Assembly: GCA_021202075.1 (NCBI GenBank)
Contig: JAJQDT010000116.1
Coordinates: 127,821-191,820, forward strand
DNA from: Lachnospiraceae bacterium
Lineage (GTDB): Bacteria; Bacillota; Clostridia; Lachnospirales; Lachnospiraceae
Reading direction: 5' to 3'
DNA: 64,000 nucleotides
Part shown: positions 39,920-48,747 of the stretch, in pieces
Layout: every line of letters starts with the position of its first letter
Position numbering within the stretch: position 1 is the first letter of the stretch
Program-made: the position numbers and the translations under genes
Notes under the pieces: model-generated
The model's input: the letters and a program-made list of their open reading frames with translations, nothing else
Databases searched by the model: none
Told to the model about the DNA's origin: nothing

Positions 39920-39968
39920 TACACGAGTTCAGTTTAGCGGGTTTATGAAAAATACGATATCCGGTATG

Positions 39969-39996
39969 TGTAAAGGAAATGTAAAATCTGTGTAAA
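39969..39996 (-). promoter_or_regulatory. Pho-box-like triple direct repeat
   Basis: TTTACA-N5-TTTACA-N5-TTTACA upstream of a phosphate transporter. Confidence 0.75.
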
Positions 39997-40031
39997 GAAC
40001 GCTCCGATGCCCGCCGATTCTGCAGACATCC

Positions 40032-40161
40032 ATCGGCATGGAAGAGTCTTCTCCCCCTGGCCGCCGCGCGGGCCGGGGCGGCTTTAGCCGCAAAACACCC
40101 TCGCCGGGTGACATTCCACGCTTCGCATGGGATATGCCTTACCCGACCTTGCGCATAAAAA
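40032..40161. repeat. Palindromic repeat (modules A+C)
   Basis: CCCTCGCCGGGTG.CAT.CCAC.CTTCG..TGGGATAT shared with 20616-20653; ends GCGCATAAAA. Confidence 0.8.
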
Positions 40162-40475
40162 GGAAGGCCGCAGCAAATATGCTTAAGAACTGTTTTTGGG
40201 CAAATCCCGCCAATTGTCCAATCGGTATCCGAAGGCAATCTATTGATTTTTATTGTTTGATATGATATTTTGTAACCACTTAAGAAAGCTTCATAGCTAT
40301 AAGAACGTGGCGCATGGAAAATCTGCAGTATTCAATATTATGGGAAGAAAACCGCTTCCCATAATCTCCAGAATCTGGCTATTCTGTCGCTCCTTGCCCT
40401 CTGACTGCTCAGTCACATGGCATTTCAGGAATCGGTACGTTTACGAATGCAGGAAACCGCTGACGGGAGGAAGAA

Positions 40476-41843
40476 ATGGAAACAAAGAGAACGAATAATC
40501 ACTATCTCCGGCTGATGCTGGCGCTTTTCGGCGCTGCGGCGCTCGCCATCCTTCTGTTTTTCATCGTATTTCGTTTTAATGGAATAAGGAGCGTGGTCAA
40601 AACGCTGATCAATGTGCTGATGCCATTCATCGTTGGCGCCGTCCTGGCCTATATCCTGAAACCGAGCTGCAATTATATCGAGGAAAAGCTCACCGCTTTT
40701 TTCAGTAAACAATCGAGCAGGAACGCTTCCTCCCCTGCCCGCCCGCGCCGACCGCGGGCGGCAAAACCGCTAAACACATTGCGCGGCCGTGTGCAATCGA
40801 ATAGGGAGACTTGCTCCCTATTCGTCTGCGCGGGGCGCGTGTGGCGCAAGCCACAAAACACCTTACGCGCCCCTGTGCATAAAAACGCCCCGATGAAGCT
40901 GATTCCGGGGCTCAGTGTCCTGATTACAATGGTTCTTGGTCTGGCTGTGGTATTCACCCTTCTGATTATGGTGCTTCCCACCCTGCTGGAGACCGTTTAT
41001 TTGATTGTTCGCCAGATACCGAAAAGCATTGAAGGTGCGTCGGAATGGCTGTTAAAATATGCCGGTGATAATGAGACGCTGAGCAACTATATCACTGAGC
41101 TTTCGGAAAGCTTTTCCACTTCGATCCCGGACTGGATCCAGTCGACGCTGATTCCGAACATCGAAGTGCTGATCGGGAACCTTCAAAGCGGCGTGTCCGG
41201 GCTGGTCGCCATGCTATCCAATATGCTCATGGGGTTGATCGCCGCCATTTACATCCTCGGGAGCCGAAAAAAATTCGCCGCACAGGCGAAGCTCATCAAT
41301 TACAGTATATTCGGTAAGAAATGGTCCGAACGAATTCTGGAGGAAGTGCGCTACGCAGACCGTGTCTTCAGCGGCTTTATCAACGGGCGGCTGATTGATT
41401 CGCTGATCATCGGCATCATCTGCTTTGTCGGGATGCTGTTGCTTCGGCTGCCTTACGCGATCCTGATCAGTGTCATCGTGGGAATCACGAACATCATTCC
41501 GTTTTTCGGACCCTACATCGGCGCGGTTCCGTCCTTCCTGCTGATTCTGATGGTCAGCCCGGTAAAGGCTGTGATTTTTCTGATCTTCGTCCTGATCCTG
41601 CAGCAGTTTGACGGAAACATTCTGGGGCCGCGCATCCTCGGAAACGTGACCGGGCTCTCCAGCTTCTGGGTGCTGTTTGCCATCCTCACCTTCGGCGGGC
41701 TGTTCGGCTTCGTCGGAATGATCGTCGGCGTGCCGGTCTTCGCGGTGATCTACGACATCATCCGCAAGGTGGTGCTGTATGGGGTAAAGCAGCAAAAATT
41801 AAAGGAAGAAAAAAATGCCCCCGCACCGCAATCGGGAACGTAG
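40476..41843 (+). CDS. AI-2E family transporter containing a 54-aa repeat-derived insertion
   Basis: PFIVGAVLAYILKP; NIIPFFGPYIGAVP; LQQFDGNILGPRILG; FGGLFGFVGMIVGVP. Confidence 0.92.
   Translation: METKRTNNHYLRLMLALFGAAALAILLFFIVFRFNGIRSVVKTLINVLMPFIVGAVLAYILKPSCNYIEEKLTAFFSKQSSRNASSPARPRRPRAAKPLNTLRGRVQSNRETCSLFVCAGRVWRKPQNTLRAPVHKNAPMKLIPGLSVLITMVLGLAVVFTLLIMVLPTLLETVYLIVRQIPKSIEGASEWLLKYAGDNETLSNYITELSESFSTSIPDWIQSTLIPNIEVLIGNLQSGVSGLVAMLSNMLMGLIAAIYILGSRKKFAAQAKLINYSIFGKKWSERILEEVRYADRVFSGFINGRLIDSLIIGIICFVGMLLLRLPYAILISVIVGITNIIPFFGPYIGAVPSFLLILMVSPVKAVIFLIFVLILQQFDGNILGPRILGNVTGLSSFWVLFAILTFGGLFGFVGMIVGVPVFAVIYDIIRKVVLYGVKQQKLKEEKNAPAPQSGT
40727..40888. repeat. Palindromic repeat (modules A+D) inserted in frame in the AI-2E gene
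   Basis: AATCGAATAGGGAG..CTCCCTATTCGTCTGCGCGG and GCGTGTGGCGC..CCACAAAA..CCTT..GCCCCTGTGCATAAAA match 20512-20770; AACGC repeats 162 bp apart. Confidence 0.85.
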
Positions 41844-41891
41844 CCGCAGGCGGAAACGGCTGTCTTTATTTATACCCACATAATGCACTCT

Positions 41892-42275
41892 TCATTGATA
41901 ATACGGCAGCAATGCATCATGCGTAATAAACTGGAGTTCCTCTGTTTTCGCCTGAGCTATCATAATCCTGTCAAATGGATCATTATGTCGTGGGGCTTTC
42001 TTCGCCCTAAACAACGTCTCCAACGAAAATACGTGCTCATCTATCACGGGCAACATTTCATAACCAACGCCCTTACAATAATCCGATAATTCCTTTGCCG
42101 AGACAGGCATGCTGTCAGGATGATTCATGTGCTTGATTGCTACTTCCCATATGGGGGCAGAGCTATAGAAAATTTCATTATTCACGTCAGATATAATCTT
42201 TTTGGCATCCTCTGGAAGCTTCGGAGCTTCCGTCAATGCCCAAAGTAGAATATGCGTGTCTAATAAGACTCTCAT
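41892..42275 (-). CDS. vapC: VapC/PIN toxin, probably C-terminally clipped by a frameshift
   Basis: MRVLLDTHILLW, SSAPIWEVAIK, HNDPFDRIMIAQA, FITHD; alternative frame continues NEECIMWV to 41870. Confidence 0.85.
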   Translation of the reverse strand: MRVLLDTHILLWALTEAPKLPEDAKKIISDVNNEIFYSSAPIWEVAIKHMNHPDSMPVSAKELSDYCKGVGYEMLPVIDEHVFSLETLFRAKKAPRHNDPFDRIMIAQAKTEELQFITHDALLPYYQ

Positions 42276-42550
42276 TCCCCACCTCCGCCATAAAACATCT
42301 GCTCTATTTCATCGTTATACACATCAATATCTTCTGGGACTTTAAATTTCCCTTTTGCAATTCCCAGTCTTTGACCATTCTTCCTTGCCGGAGCAGACAT
42401 CGCATAAGGAATGCCATTCGCCTCAACACTTTTCAGCGTAAACAATCTCAACACTTCTGTAAGCGAAGTTCCCATACTGCTATAGAGTGACTCTGCTCTC
42501 CTAAGCACATCAGAATCCATTTTAACCTGTAATGTTGACTCCTTCACCAT
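42272..42550 (-). CDS. Antitoxin with RelB/DinJ-like N-terminus and VapB-like C-terminus
   Basis: LQVKMDSDV...AESLYSSMGTSLTEVLRLF...GIP then RLGIAKGKFKVPEDID; overlaps vapC start. Confidence 0.8.
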   Translation of the reverse strand: MVKESTLQVKMDSDVLRRAESLYSSMGTSLTEVLRLFTLKSVEANGIPYAMSAPARKNGQRLGIAKGKFKVPEDIDVYNDEIEQMFYGGGGE

Positions 42551-42858
42551 GTTCGGGCCTCCTTCCAGTCTTTCGATACAAAAACATCCATCGGACAACA
42601 ATATAATTCAATGCATTGCCTTCTTATCCAAACTGCTTACCTCAAAACCAAATCAAAGCTAAACAGGAGAATGCAAATTTCTCTAGTATTATAACCTAAT
42701 CGCTCACAGGAAATCAACCGTTTTTGCTCTTTATGGCGAACCGTCAAAATGACTGTGGATAACTTTTCAAAATTCCGCGATTTCAGTTCTGAAATGACAG
42801 ATTTTGGTAAGTTATCCATTCAGTTAAAAATATTTAAGATGGCAATCCACACTATCGG

Positions 42859-43569
42859 TCACAGTCCCCTGTCCCATTGATTTCGCTTACAGAAATTATC
42901 CATGGCCAGCTGTGTACGTTTTAAAAGAAGCGCATTCCCTTTCTGCTCAGGCGGCATTTTTTCCGCCATCTGACACAGCAGGCAGAGCATTTCATAAAAG
43001 GTCTCCAAAAGAGCGCGATTCTTCCCCGTCGGCACGGCCAAGTCTGCCCCGACCACATCGTACACCCAGGTGGTATAGTTTTCCCGGAACAGCGGGAGAA
43101 TCCACTGCTTCTCCTCCGCCGTCTCCGGAAGGGTCTGCTCCAGGTCAGTCAGCTCCTGCAAAACATCGCGCAGCGATGCAATGGTCTGCTGATTGTAATA
43201 GCTGGTCCAGAAGCGGAACGCGACCATCACCGGGCTCTCGGTCATCACGGCAAACGCATAACGGATGGCTTCATACAAGTCCTGACGCTCGGGTTCGCTC
43301 ACCCGCTTCATCAGAGGCTTCCAGACCTGAAATGCCTGGCGGATGTGCAGATCGCCCGGTTTGGATGAACGGCCAATGGTCGCGCCTTTTAAAAACAGGG
43401 CGTTTACATCCTCCGGATCATAGACCAGGATCCGCTGTGCACACCGCGCCGCCTCCGCCATCTTTCCGGCCTGGTAGGCCGTCAGGGCTTTCTCCGTATA
43501 AATCCCAATCAATTCCTTTTTTGCATCTATCCCTGCGTCTGTTTCCAAATTATCCCAGATTGCATCCAT
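42859..43569 (-). CDS. Hypothetical protein with TPR-like N-terminus
   Basis: ALTAYQAGKMAEAARCAQRILVYDPEDVNALFLKG. Confidence 0.65.
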   Translation of the reverse strand: MDAIWDNLETDAGIDAKKELIGIYTEKALTAYQAGKMAEAARCAQRILVYDPEDVNALFLKGATIGRSSKPGDLHIRQAFQVWKPLMKRVSEPERQDLYEAIRYAFAVMTESPVMVAFRFWTSYYNQQTIASLRDVLQELTDLEQTLPETAEEKQWILPLFRENYTTWVYDVVGADLAVPTGKNRALLETFYEMLCLLCQMAEKMPPEQKGNALLLKRTQLAMDNFCKRNQWDRGL

Positions 43570-43967
43570 ACTCGGTCACCCTCTCCGTTTCTGTCAATAT
43601 GAATTCATGTGTCAACAGTTCATATGCACTGCCATCATATATGTTTTTACCGTACATTGCTTCAATCAAATGTACAGTTTTTTTCATCTTCATATGTGTT
43701 ATCTATTCTCATCCAGAATCTGTTTACCCGGTTCATAAACAGCTTATCAAAATATCTGTCAAAATTGAAATTGCTGCTCTTATACCTTCTTCGGCAAACT
43801 TAACGTATCGGAATACCGGGTGCAGCCTGAATTGACACTTTCCATCCGCCAATTCAGACACTCGCACCCGGCATCCCTTTTCGCTTCATAATTTATACAA
43901 TTCCATACCCGCAAACTGTCAGCCATTCCCTTACGGCTGCTTCTTCGATTCGGTATGTATCATCCTC

Positions 43968-46115
43968 TTACTCGAGGCTCGCGCAGTGCTTGCCTGCCAC
44001 GCGCCCGGTCGTCATCGCGTTGCCCATGTTGTTGCCTGCGGACGGGCAGTTATAGGAATTGCCAAACCGCTGACCCATGCAGTTGCCGACCGCGTACAGC
44101 CCCTCGATCACCGCGTCGCGAGTGCTGTTGAGCACCTGCATATCGCCATTGACCACAAGACCCGTGATCGTGTTCAGGCCACAGTTGTAGAGGCCCTTCG
44201 TACTCTGCAGTGCAACATAGAACGGACCCTCTTCAATGGCGATCATGCACTCTGCGCTCTTGCAGTAATCCTCGTCATCGCCGTTCGCACAGAGCTCATT
44301 GTACCGCTCAATCGACTCCAGCGCGTTCGCGATCACGTCCTCCGCCAGACCCGCGTTGCGCATCGCTTCCTCGGCCGTGTCGCCTACATAGACCGTGTTG
44401 GTCATCGGCGAGGTCTTGTTCGCAATCTCCAGTCCCTGAACCGTTCCGGAGCCCTCCGCCGGATCCAGTGCTTCCATATCTGTCTCAAAAATGTCCATAC
44501 CTTCCTGGTAGCCCCAGTTTGGTGCACCGTGATCCAGACCTGCGCGCTGGATGTATTCCATATAGTTCTTATCCATGATTGCGAAGTTGCAGCTGTCTGT
44601 GGTCGGCATCGGCTGATGCAGAGACTGTACCAGCGCAAGACCTGCCATCGCCTCATTCATGAAGCGCTTGCCCTGGCAGTTCAGCCACAGGCACGGGGTG
44701 GTTCCCCACGGGCCAAAACCAAGGTTCGGGCAGTTGACTGCAATGGGACGCGGATGCGTCTCGATCATGCCGCCTGCCCAGCAGCCCATCTTATGTCCGT
44801 AGCCGGTGCAGTCCGTCATGCCGCCGACGCTCTCACGCGTAATACCCACGCGCTCCGCGTACTCGCCAACCTCAGAGCACAGCTCCCAGACCATATCTAC
44901 ATTGCCGCCGAAATCGCCGGTCGCAAGGATGACGCCCTTGTTTGCCGCGAACTCGATGTAATTGCCATCCGCGTCCTGCCCGATCATGCCGGTCACTTTG
45001 CCGTTTTCATCCTGCGTCAGAACCACTGCCTCTGTGCTGCAGAACCACTCTGCGCCCAGATCCTCCGCCGCGTCACGGCAGTAGGTCTCCAGCTCCGTCA
45101 GACGGCTGACTTCGGTCAGACCCGCTTTTCCGACCGGCTGCTCATTCATGGTTCCGATCGACTGGAATGTGGACGCCCACATCTTGTAGCCTTCGCTCTC
45201 CACCGGATAGGAGCTGCCATCCGGCTTATTATACGCAATCTGCACGATGCACTGGCCGCCCTCATAGTCGAACACGTCCGACGTGTCCGGAACCAGAGAG
45301 GCAAGGTTGTCCATCATCTCGCCGGAGTTGTACACAAACGCGCGGATGACATCCGTATCGCAGCGCCCGTTCGCGCGGCGCACATACTCGTTCACGATTT
45401 CCTCCAGATCGTACGGGCCAAACCCCCAGCTCTGAAGGAGCTCCGAATTGTACGAGCAGATGTCGTCGCCGCGGTAGGTAATGTTCCCATCCTCATGGTT
45501 CTCGATCACAGCTACGGAAGCGCCCAACTGCGCCGCCGCGAGTGCCGCCTGTGTCCCGGCATGTCCGCCGCCGACCACAACCACGTCAAAGGTTTTCGTC
45601 TCCGCGATCTCAGACGGATCGATCACCGGCGCTTCGCCCAGCCAGTCCTCATCGCACATATAGCCAAACGGGCGCGCGGAGGACGTCGTTGTCGTGGATT
45701 CCTCCTCCGACGCTGCCGAAGCCTCGCCCTTCGCCTGTGCGATACAGTTCGCCGCCGCTTCCATCGCCGCATTCGAAGTAATGGTCGCTCCGCTCACCGC
45801 GTCGATTTCGGCAGACTGCGCATCCAGAATCGCCTGCGCGAGCTCATCTGCCGCAGCCGCCCCGATGCTCTCGGTCTCCCCGGACGCGTCAACCACTACG
45901 TCCGTAATGCTGCTCTCATCAAACGTCATCGTCACCGTCACCGCGCTTGAAATTCCCTGCGCGGACGCCGTGTAAGTACCCGGTGTGTAGAGACCGGCCG
46001 ACGCCGCCTGTTCTTCCGCGGCTACCGGAAGATGAAGCACGCCCATCATCGCCGCGCCTGCTCCTGCCGCCGCAGCTCCCTTCAGAAAATCTCGGCGGGA
46101 AAGATATTTGCCCAT
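43968..46115 (-). CDS. Tat-exported flavoprotein: FMN_bind domain plus FAD_binding_2 (flavocytochrome c/fumarate-reductase-like)
   Basis: SRRDFLKG Tat motif; DAVSGATITS flavinylation motif; DVVVVGGGHAG; ILATGDF; IEGLYAVGN. Confidence 0.9.
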   Translation of the reverse strand: MGKYLSRRDFLKGAAAAGAGAAMMGVLHLPVAAEEQAASAGLYTPGTYTASAQGISSAVTVTMTFDESSITDVVVDASGETESIGAAAADELAQAILDAQSAEIDAVSGATITSNAAMEAAANCIAQAKGEASAASEEESTTTTSSARPFGYMCDEDWLGEAPVIDPSEIAETKTFDVVVVGGGHAGTQAALAAAQLGASVAVIENHEDGNITYRGDDICSYNSELLQSWGFGPYDLEEIVNEYVRRANGRCDTDVIRAFVYNSGEMMDNLASLVPDTSDVFDYEGGQCIVQIAYNKPDGSSYPVESEGYKMWASTFQSIGTMNEQPVGKAGLTEVSRLTELETYCRDAAEDLGAEWFCSTEAVVLTQDENGKVTGMIGQDADGNYIEFAANKGVILATGDFGGNVDMVWELCSEVGEYAERVGITRESVGGMTDCTGYGHKMGCWAGGMIETHPRPIAVNCPNLGFGPWGTTPCLWLNCQGKRFMNEAMAGLALVQSLHQPMPTTDSCNFAIMDKNYMEYIQRAGLDHGAPNWGYQEGMDIFETDMEALDPAEGSGTVQGLEIANKTSPMTNTVYVGDTAEEAMRNAGLAEDVIANALESIERYNELCANGDDEDYCKSAECMIAIEEGPFYVALQSTKGLYNCGLNTITGLVVNGDMQVLNSTRDAVIEGLYAVGNCMGQRFGNSYNCPSAGNNMGNAMTTGRVAGKHCASLE

Positions 46116-46204
46116 AAAACTGCTCCTCCTTATTTTTTATTTGAGAATGGCTTTTCGCCATCTCCCTATGCGCCGCTGCGATATGCTCCCGACCCCCAGC
46201 CGAC

Positions 46205-46261
46205 AATCAGGCAGAGAAATATTTTTCTCACCTGTCCGTCTGCGCGGCGCAGTGCATAAAA
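46205..46261. repeat. Degenerate module A repeat
   Basis: AATCAGGCAGAGAA..TTCTCACCTGTCCGTCTGCGCGG..GTGCATAAAA. Confidence 0.6.
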
Positions 46262-46449
46262 CAGCAGTAAACGGCAATATTCCATTTGCCTGTCTTATAA
46301 ATTTTAACATTTTACCCCTTGTATGGAAAGAAAAAATAACTTACAATGGTTTCAAGCTATTTCTAATAACAAATTGCTACTATTCCCATACGCATTCTCA
46401 TTTATCCGGAGCAACCGTTACACGAACAGCGTATATAGTAACGCGCCGG

Positions 46450-46524
46450 GCAAATGACACGCCGGACGATGTCCGGGACGCCGCGCAGATGACATGCCGG
46501 ACATCGTCCGGGACGCCGCGCAAA
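46450..46524. repeat. 35-bp direct repeat, two copies with mutually inverted hairpin loops
   Basis: CCGGACGATGTCCGG (46462-46476) and CCGGACATCGTCCGG (46497-46511). Confidence 0.85.
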
Positions 46525-46557
46525 CTGTGGCAAAAACCACAAGAAAGCGAGAACGAT

Positions 46558-47445
46558 ATGTATAACCGACAGCTCGACACCTTCCTGCTTACAGCCGAAT
46601 ATCTGAACTTTTCCAAAGCCGCCGCCGCGCTCTATATCACGCCGAGCGCGGTGATCCAGCAGATCAACCATCTGGAGCAGGATTTACAGGTTACCCTTTT
46701 TACCCGGACCAGGCATGGACTGGAGCTGACAAAAGCAGGGGAATTTCTGAAAGAAGAGGCTGCCGAATATGTCCGGCTTGGGAAAAAGATCCGCAGCGAG
46801 CTGCGCCAGATTGACACGCGCGATAACACCATCTGCGTCGGCAGCTCACTCTTCCTCAAAATACGTCTGGTGTATGATCTGTGGATTCTCTTCTCCAAAG
46901 ATCAGAAGCACTACGACATCCGTCTGATCAATATTGACGAGAATCCTTCCGCTTTGCCCGAAGCCGATCTCATCGAAAGCATGTATACAAACAAATCCGT
47001 GCTGGAAAAATGGAACTTTCTGAAAATCTGTGATGTGCCGCTCGGCTGTGCAGTGGCAAAGGGGCATCCTCTCGCCGCCGGAAACAGGCTGACGATCGAA
47101 GATATGAAACGATATTCCGTGATTTTCTTTCAGGAGCTGGTCATTGAACAGCAGGATCTGCTCCTGCAAAAACTGAGGCAGCAGCAAATCCCGGTCATCG
47201 ATTCCGAACCCTATGGGGGACCGCTGATCTGGAACTGCAGCTGCAGGCAGAACATCCTGTTCGCCCCCACGTGTATGCAGGATATTCTCTACGACATGGT
47301 CTTTCTGCCGTGTCCATGGGATTTCACTGTATCGTACGGTATCTACTCGCGGCCAAACGCCTCCGCCCCCGCAAAGGAATTTCTGGCATTTGTGCAGGAC
47401 GTGTACTTTGGCGAAAACGCGACCGAAGCCGTGCCGGTGTTCTGA
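46558..47445 (+). CDS. LysR family transcriptional regulator
   Basis: MYNRQLDTF...NFSKAAAALYITPSAVIQQINHLEQDL; divergent from the flavoprotein. Confidence 0.92.
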   Translation: MYNRQLDTFLLTAEYLNFSKAAAALYITPSAVIQQINHLEQDLQVTLFTRTRHGLELTKAGEFLKEEAAEYVRLGKKIRSELRQIDTRDNTICVGSSLFLKIRLVYDLWILFSKDQKHYDIRLINIDENPSALPEADLIESMYTNKSVLEKWNFLKICDVPLGCAVAKGHPLAAGNRLTIEDMKRYSVIFFQELVIEQQDLLLQKLRQQQIPVIDSEPYGGPLIWNCSCRQNILFAPTCMQDILYDMVFLPCPWDFTVSYGIYSRPNASAPAKEFLAFVQDVYFGENATEAVPVF

Positions 47446-47475
47446 GCAAGATTTTCAGGCATTCAGGAGTTTTAA

Positions 47476-47561
47476 AAATTTAAGAAATACTCTATGTTTT
47501 GCCACGGAAATCATGCTATACTCAGGTCGGAGCAAAAAGCCAGGCCATCAAAAATTTGCCG
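47476..47561 (+). promoter_or_regulatory. Duplicated promoter-containing module, copy 1
   Basis: AAATTTAAGAAA...AATCATGCTATACT..GGTCGGA.C.AAAA..CAGGC..TCAAAAATTTGCCG; extended -10; homologous to 53560-53646. Confidence 0.75.
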
Positions 47562-47575
47562 GCAGAGAGGAAAAT

Positions 47576-47794
47576 ATGAGATACCGAAAAATGATTGCAC
47601 CAATCGTAATTACTGTTCTTGTAGTAGCGTATTATATCGTTTACTTTGGGGCGCTGATCTGTCTGCTTGACAGGACATGGGCCATTTTACTCGGAATCAT
47701 TCCGATCGTCCTGGCAGCCACGATGATCGATGTATGCATACAAAGAATAAAAGAGATAAGGAGCGGAGAAGAAGATGATCTTGGTAAATACTGA
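47576..47794 (+). CDS. Small two-TM membrane protein
   Basis: MRYRKMIAPIVITV...QRIKEIRSGEEDDLGKY; RBS; overlaps the next gene. Confidence 0.75.
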   Translation: MRYRKMIAPIVITVLVVAYYIVYFGALICLLDRTWAILLGIIPIVLAATMIDVCIQRIKEIRSGEEDDLGKY

Positions 47795-48089
47795 TTACAT
47801 TTCAGGAAAAGAACTGGAAATGCTGGGGCTGGTAAAGGGCAGTACAATCCAGTCGAAAAACGTAGGCAAAGATATCACCCAGGGCTTTAAGACTCTGGTC
47901 GGCGGAGAGCTGAAGGCTTATAACGAGATGATGAACGAAGCCCGTGCACTTGCAACAAAGAGAATGGTCGCGGAGGCAGAACAGCTCGGTGCCGACGCCG
48001 TTGTAAATATCCGCTACGCTTCCTCAGCAATCATGCAGGGCGCTGCGGAAGTGATCGCCTATGGAACCGCTGTGAAGTTTGTTCTGTGA
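47775..48089 (+). CDS. YbjQ/UPF0145 family protein
   Basis: LVGGELKAY, EARALA.KRM...LGADAVVNIRY, AYGTAVK. Confidence 0.92.
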   Translation: MILVNTDYISGKELEMLGLVKGSTIQSKNVGKDITQGFKTLVGGELKAYNEMMNEARALATKRMVAEAEQLGADAVVNIRYASSAIMQGAAEVIAYGTAVKFVL

Positions 48090-48268
48090 TGTTTGTTTGG
48101 TAATGCAAAATTTCTCTGCCGGAGTCCTGTTCCGCCTGGCTCTTAATAGCTGGAGGGACAGGAATAAATAAATCAGAATTGACCGAGCGGAGCGAGGAAT
48201 ACGAGCAAAAAGCGAAGCGTTTGCGAGTTTGGGCGTTGAGAAATCGAAATGCAGGGGAGGCAAGAGCA

Positions 48269-48580
48269 ATGATTGGAGCAATAATTTATTTTATATTAGC
48301 AGGAATATGTCTTGTGATAAGCATATTTCAGTTTATGGAGAAGGGTGTTTGCCTTAATAACGCATACTTATATGCCTCGAAAGAGGAAAGAGAAAAGATG
48401 GATAAGAGTCCGTACTATAGACAATCTGCGATAGTCTTTTTACTTCTGTTCTTATCCTTTGGGGCTTATGGAATTTATGCAATTACTTATACACAATGGT
48501 TATTGGCATCTGGAGTAATTGCTATTGTCGCTGCTGTAATATACGCGATTGCTTCTGGTATAAGAGTAAACAGGAAGTGA
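48269..48580 (+). CDS. Small membrane protein (DUF3784-like) in a putative cassette
   Basis: GGAGG RBS; LNNAYLYASKEEREKMDK; three TM segments; AT-rich; flanked by TAAATCAGAATT (48169) and CTTCCAGTTTA (48590). Confidence 0.7.
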   Translation: MIGAIIYFILAGICLVISIFQFMEKGVCLNNAYLYASKEEREKMDKSPYYRQSAIVFLLLFLSFGAYGIYAITYTQWLLASGVIAIVAAVIYAIASGIRVNRK

Positions 48581-48747
48581 AAATGCTATCTTCCAGTTTA
48601 CCGGTGAGTATACAAACGAAAATCAGAAATTCAGGATTACATCCATTAATGATTGATATAAATTATAACAGAATGGCAAAGTGGTACTATGGAAGCCGCG
48701 CAAGGCGCGGCCTTCGTCCATATCCGCTTCGCGAATAAGGACATGTA

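Noticed and set aside
41927-41939. TAAACTGGAGTTC resembling the cassette end motif
   Set aside because: It lies inside the vapC coding sequence and is probably coincidental.
42700-42860. Possible replication origin
   Set aside because: Only one perfect DnaA box and no dnaA/dnaN or rep gene nearby.
43986-45950. 654-aa plus-strand ORF antisense to the flavoprotein, and similar antisense ORFs (24309-25046, 39143-39937, 59251-60201)
   Set aside because: Typical antisense shadows of GC3-rich genes; no RBS or recognisable motifs.
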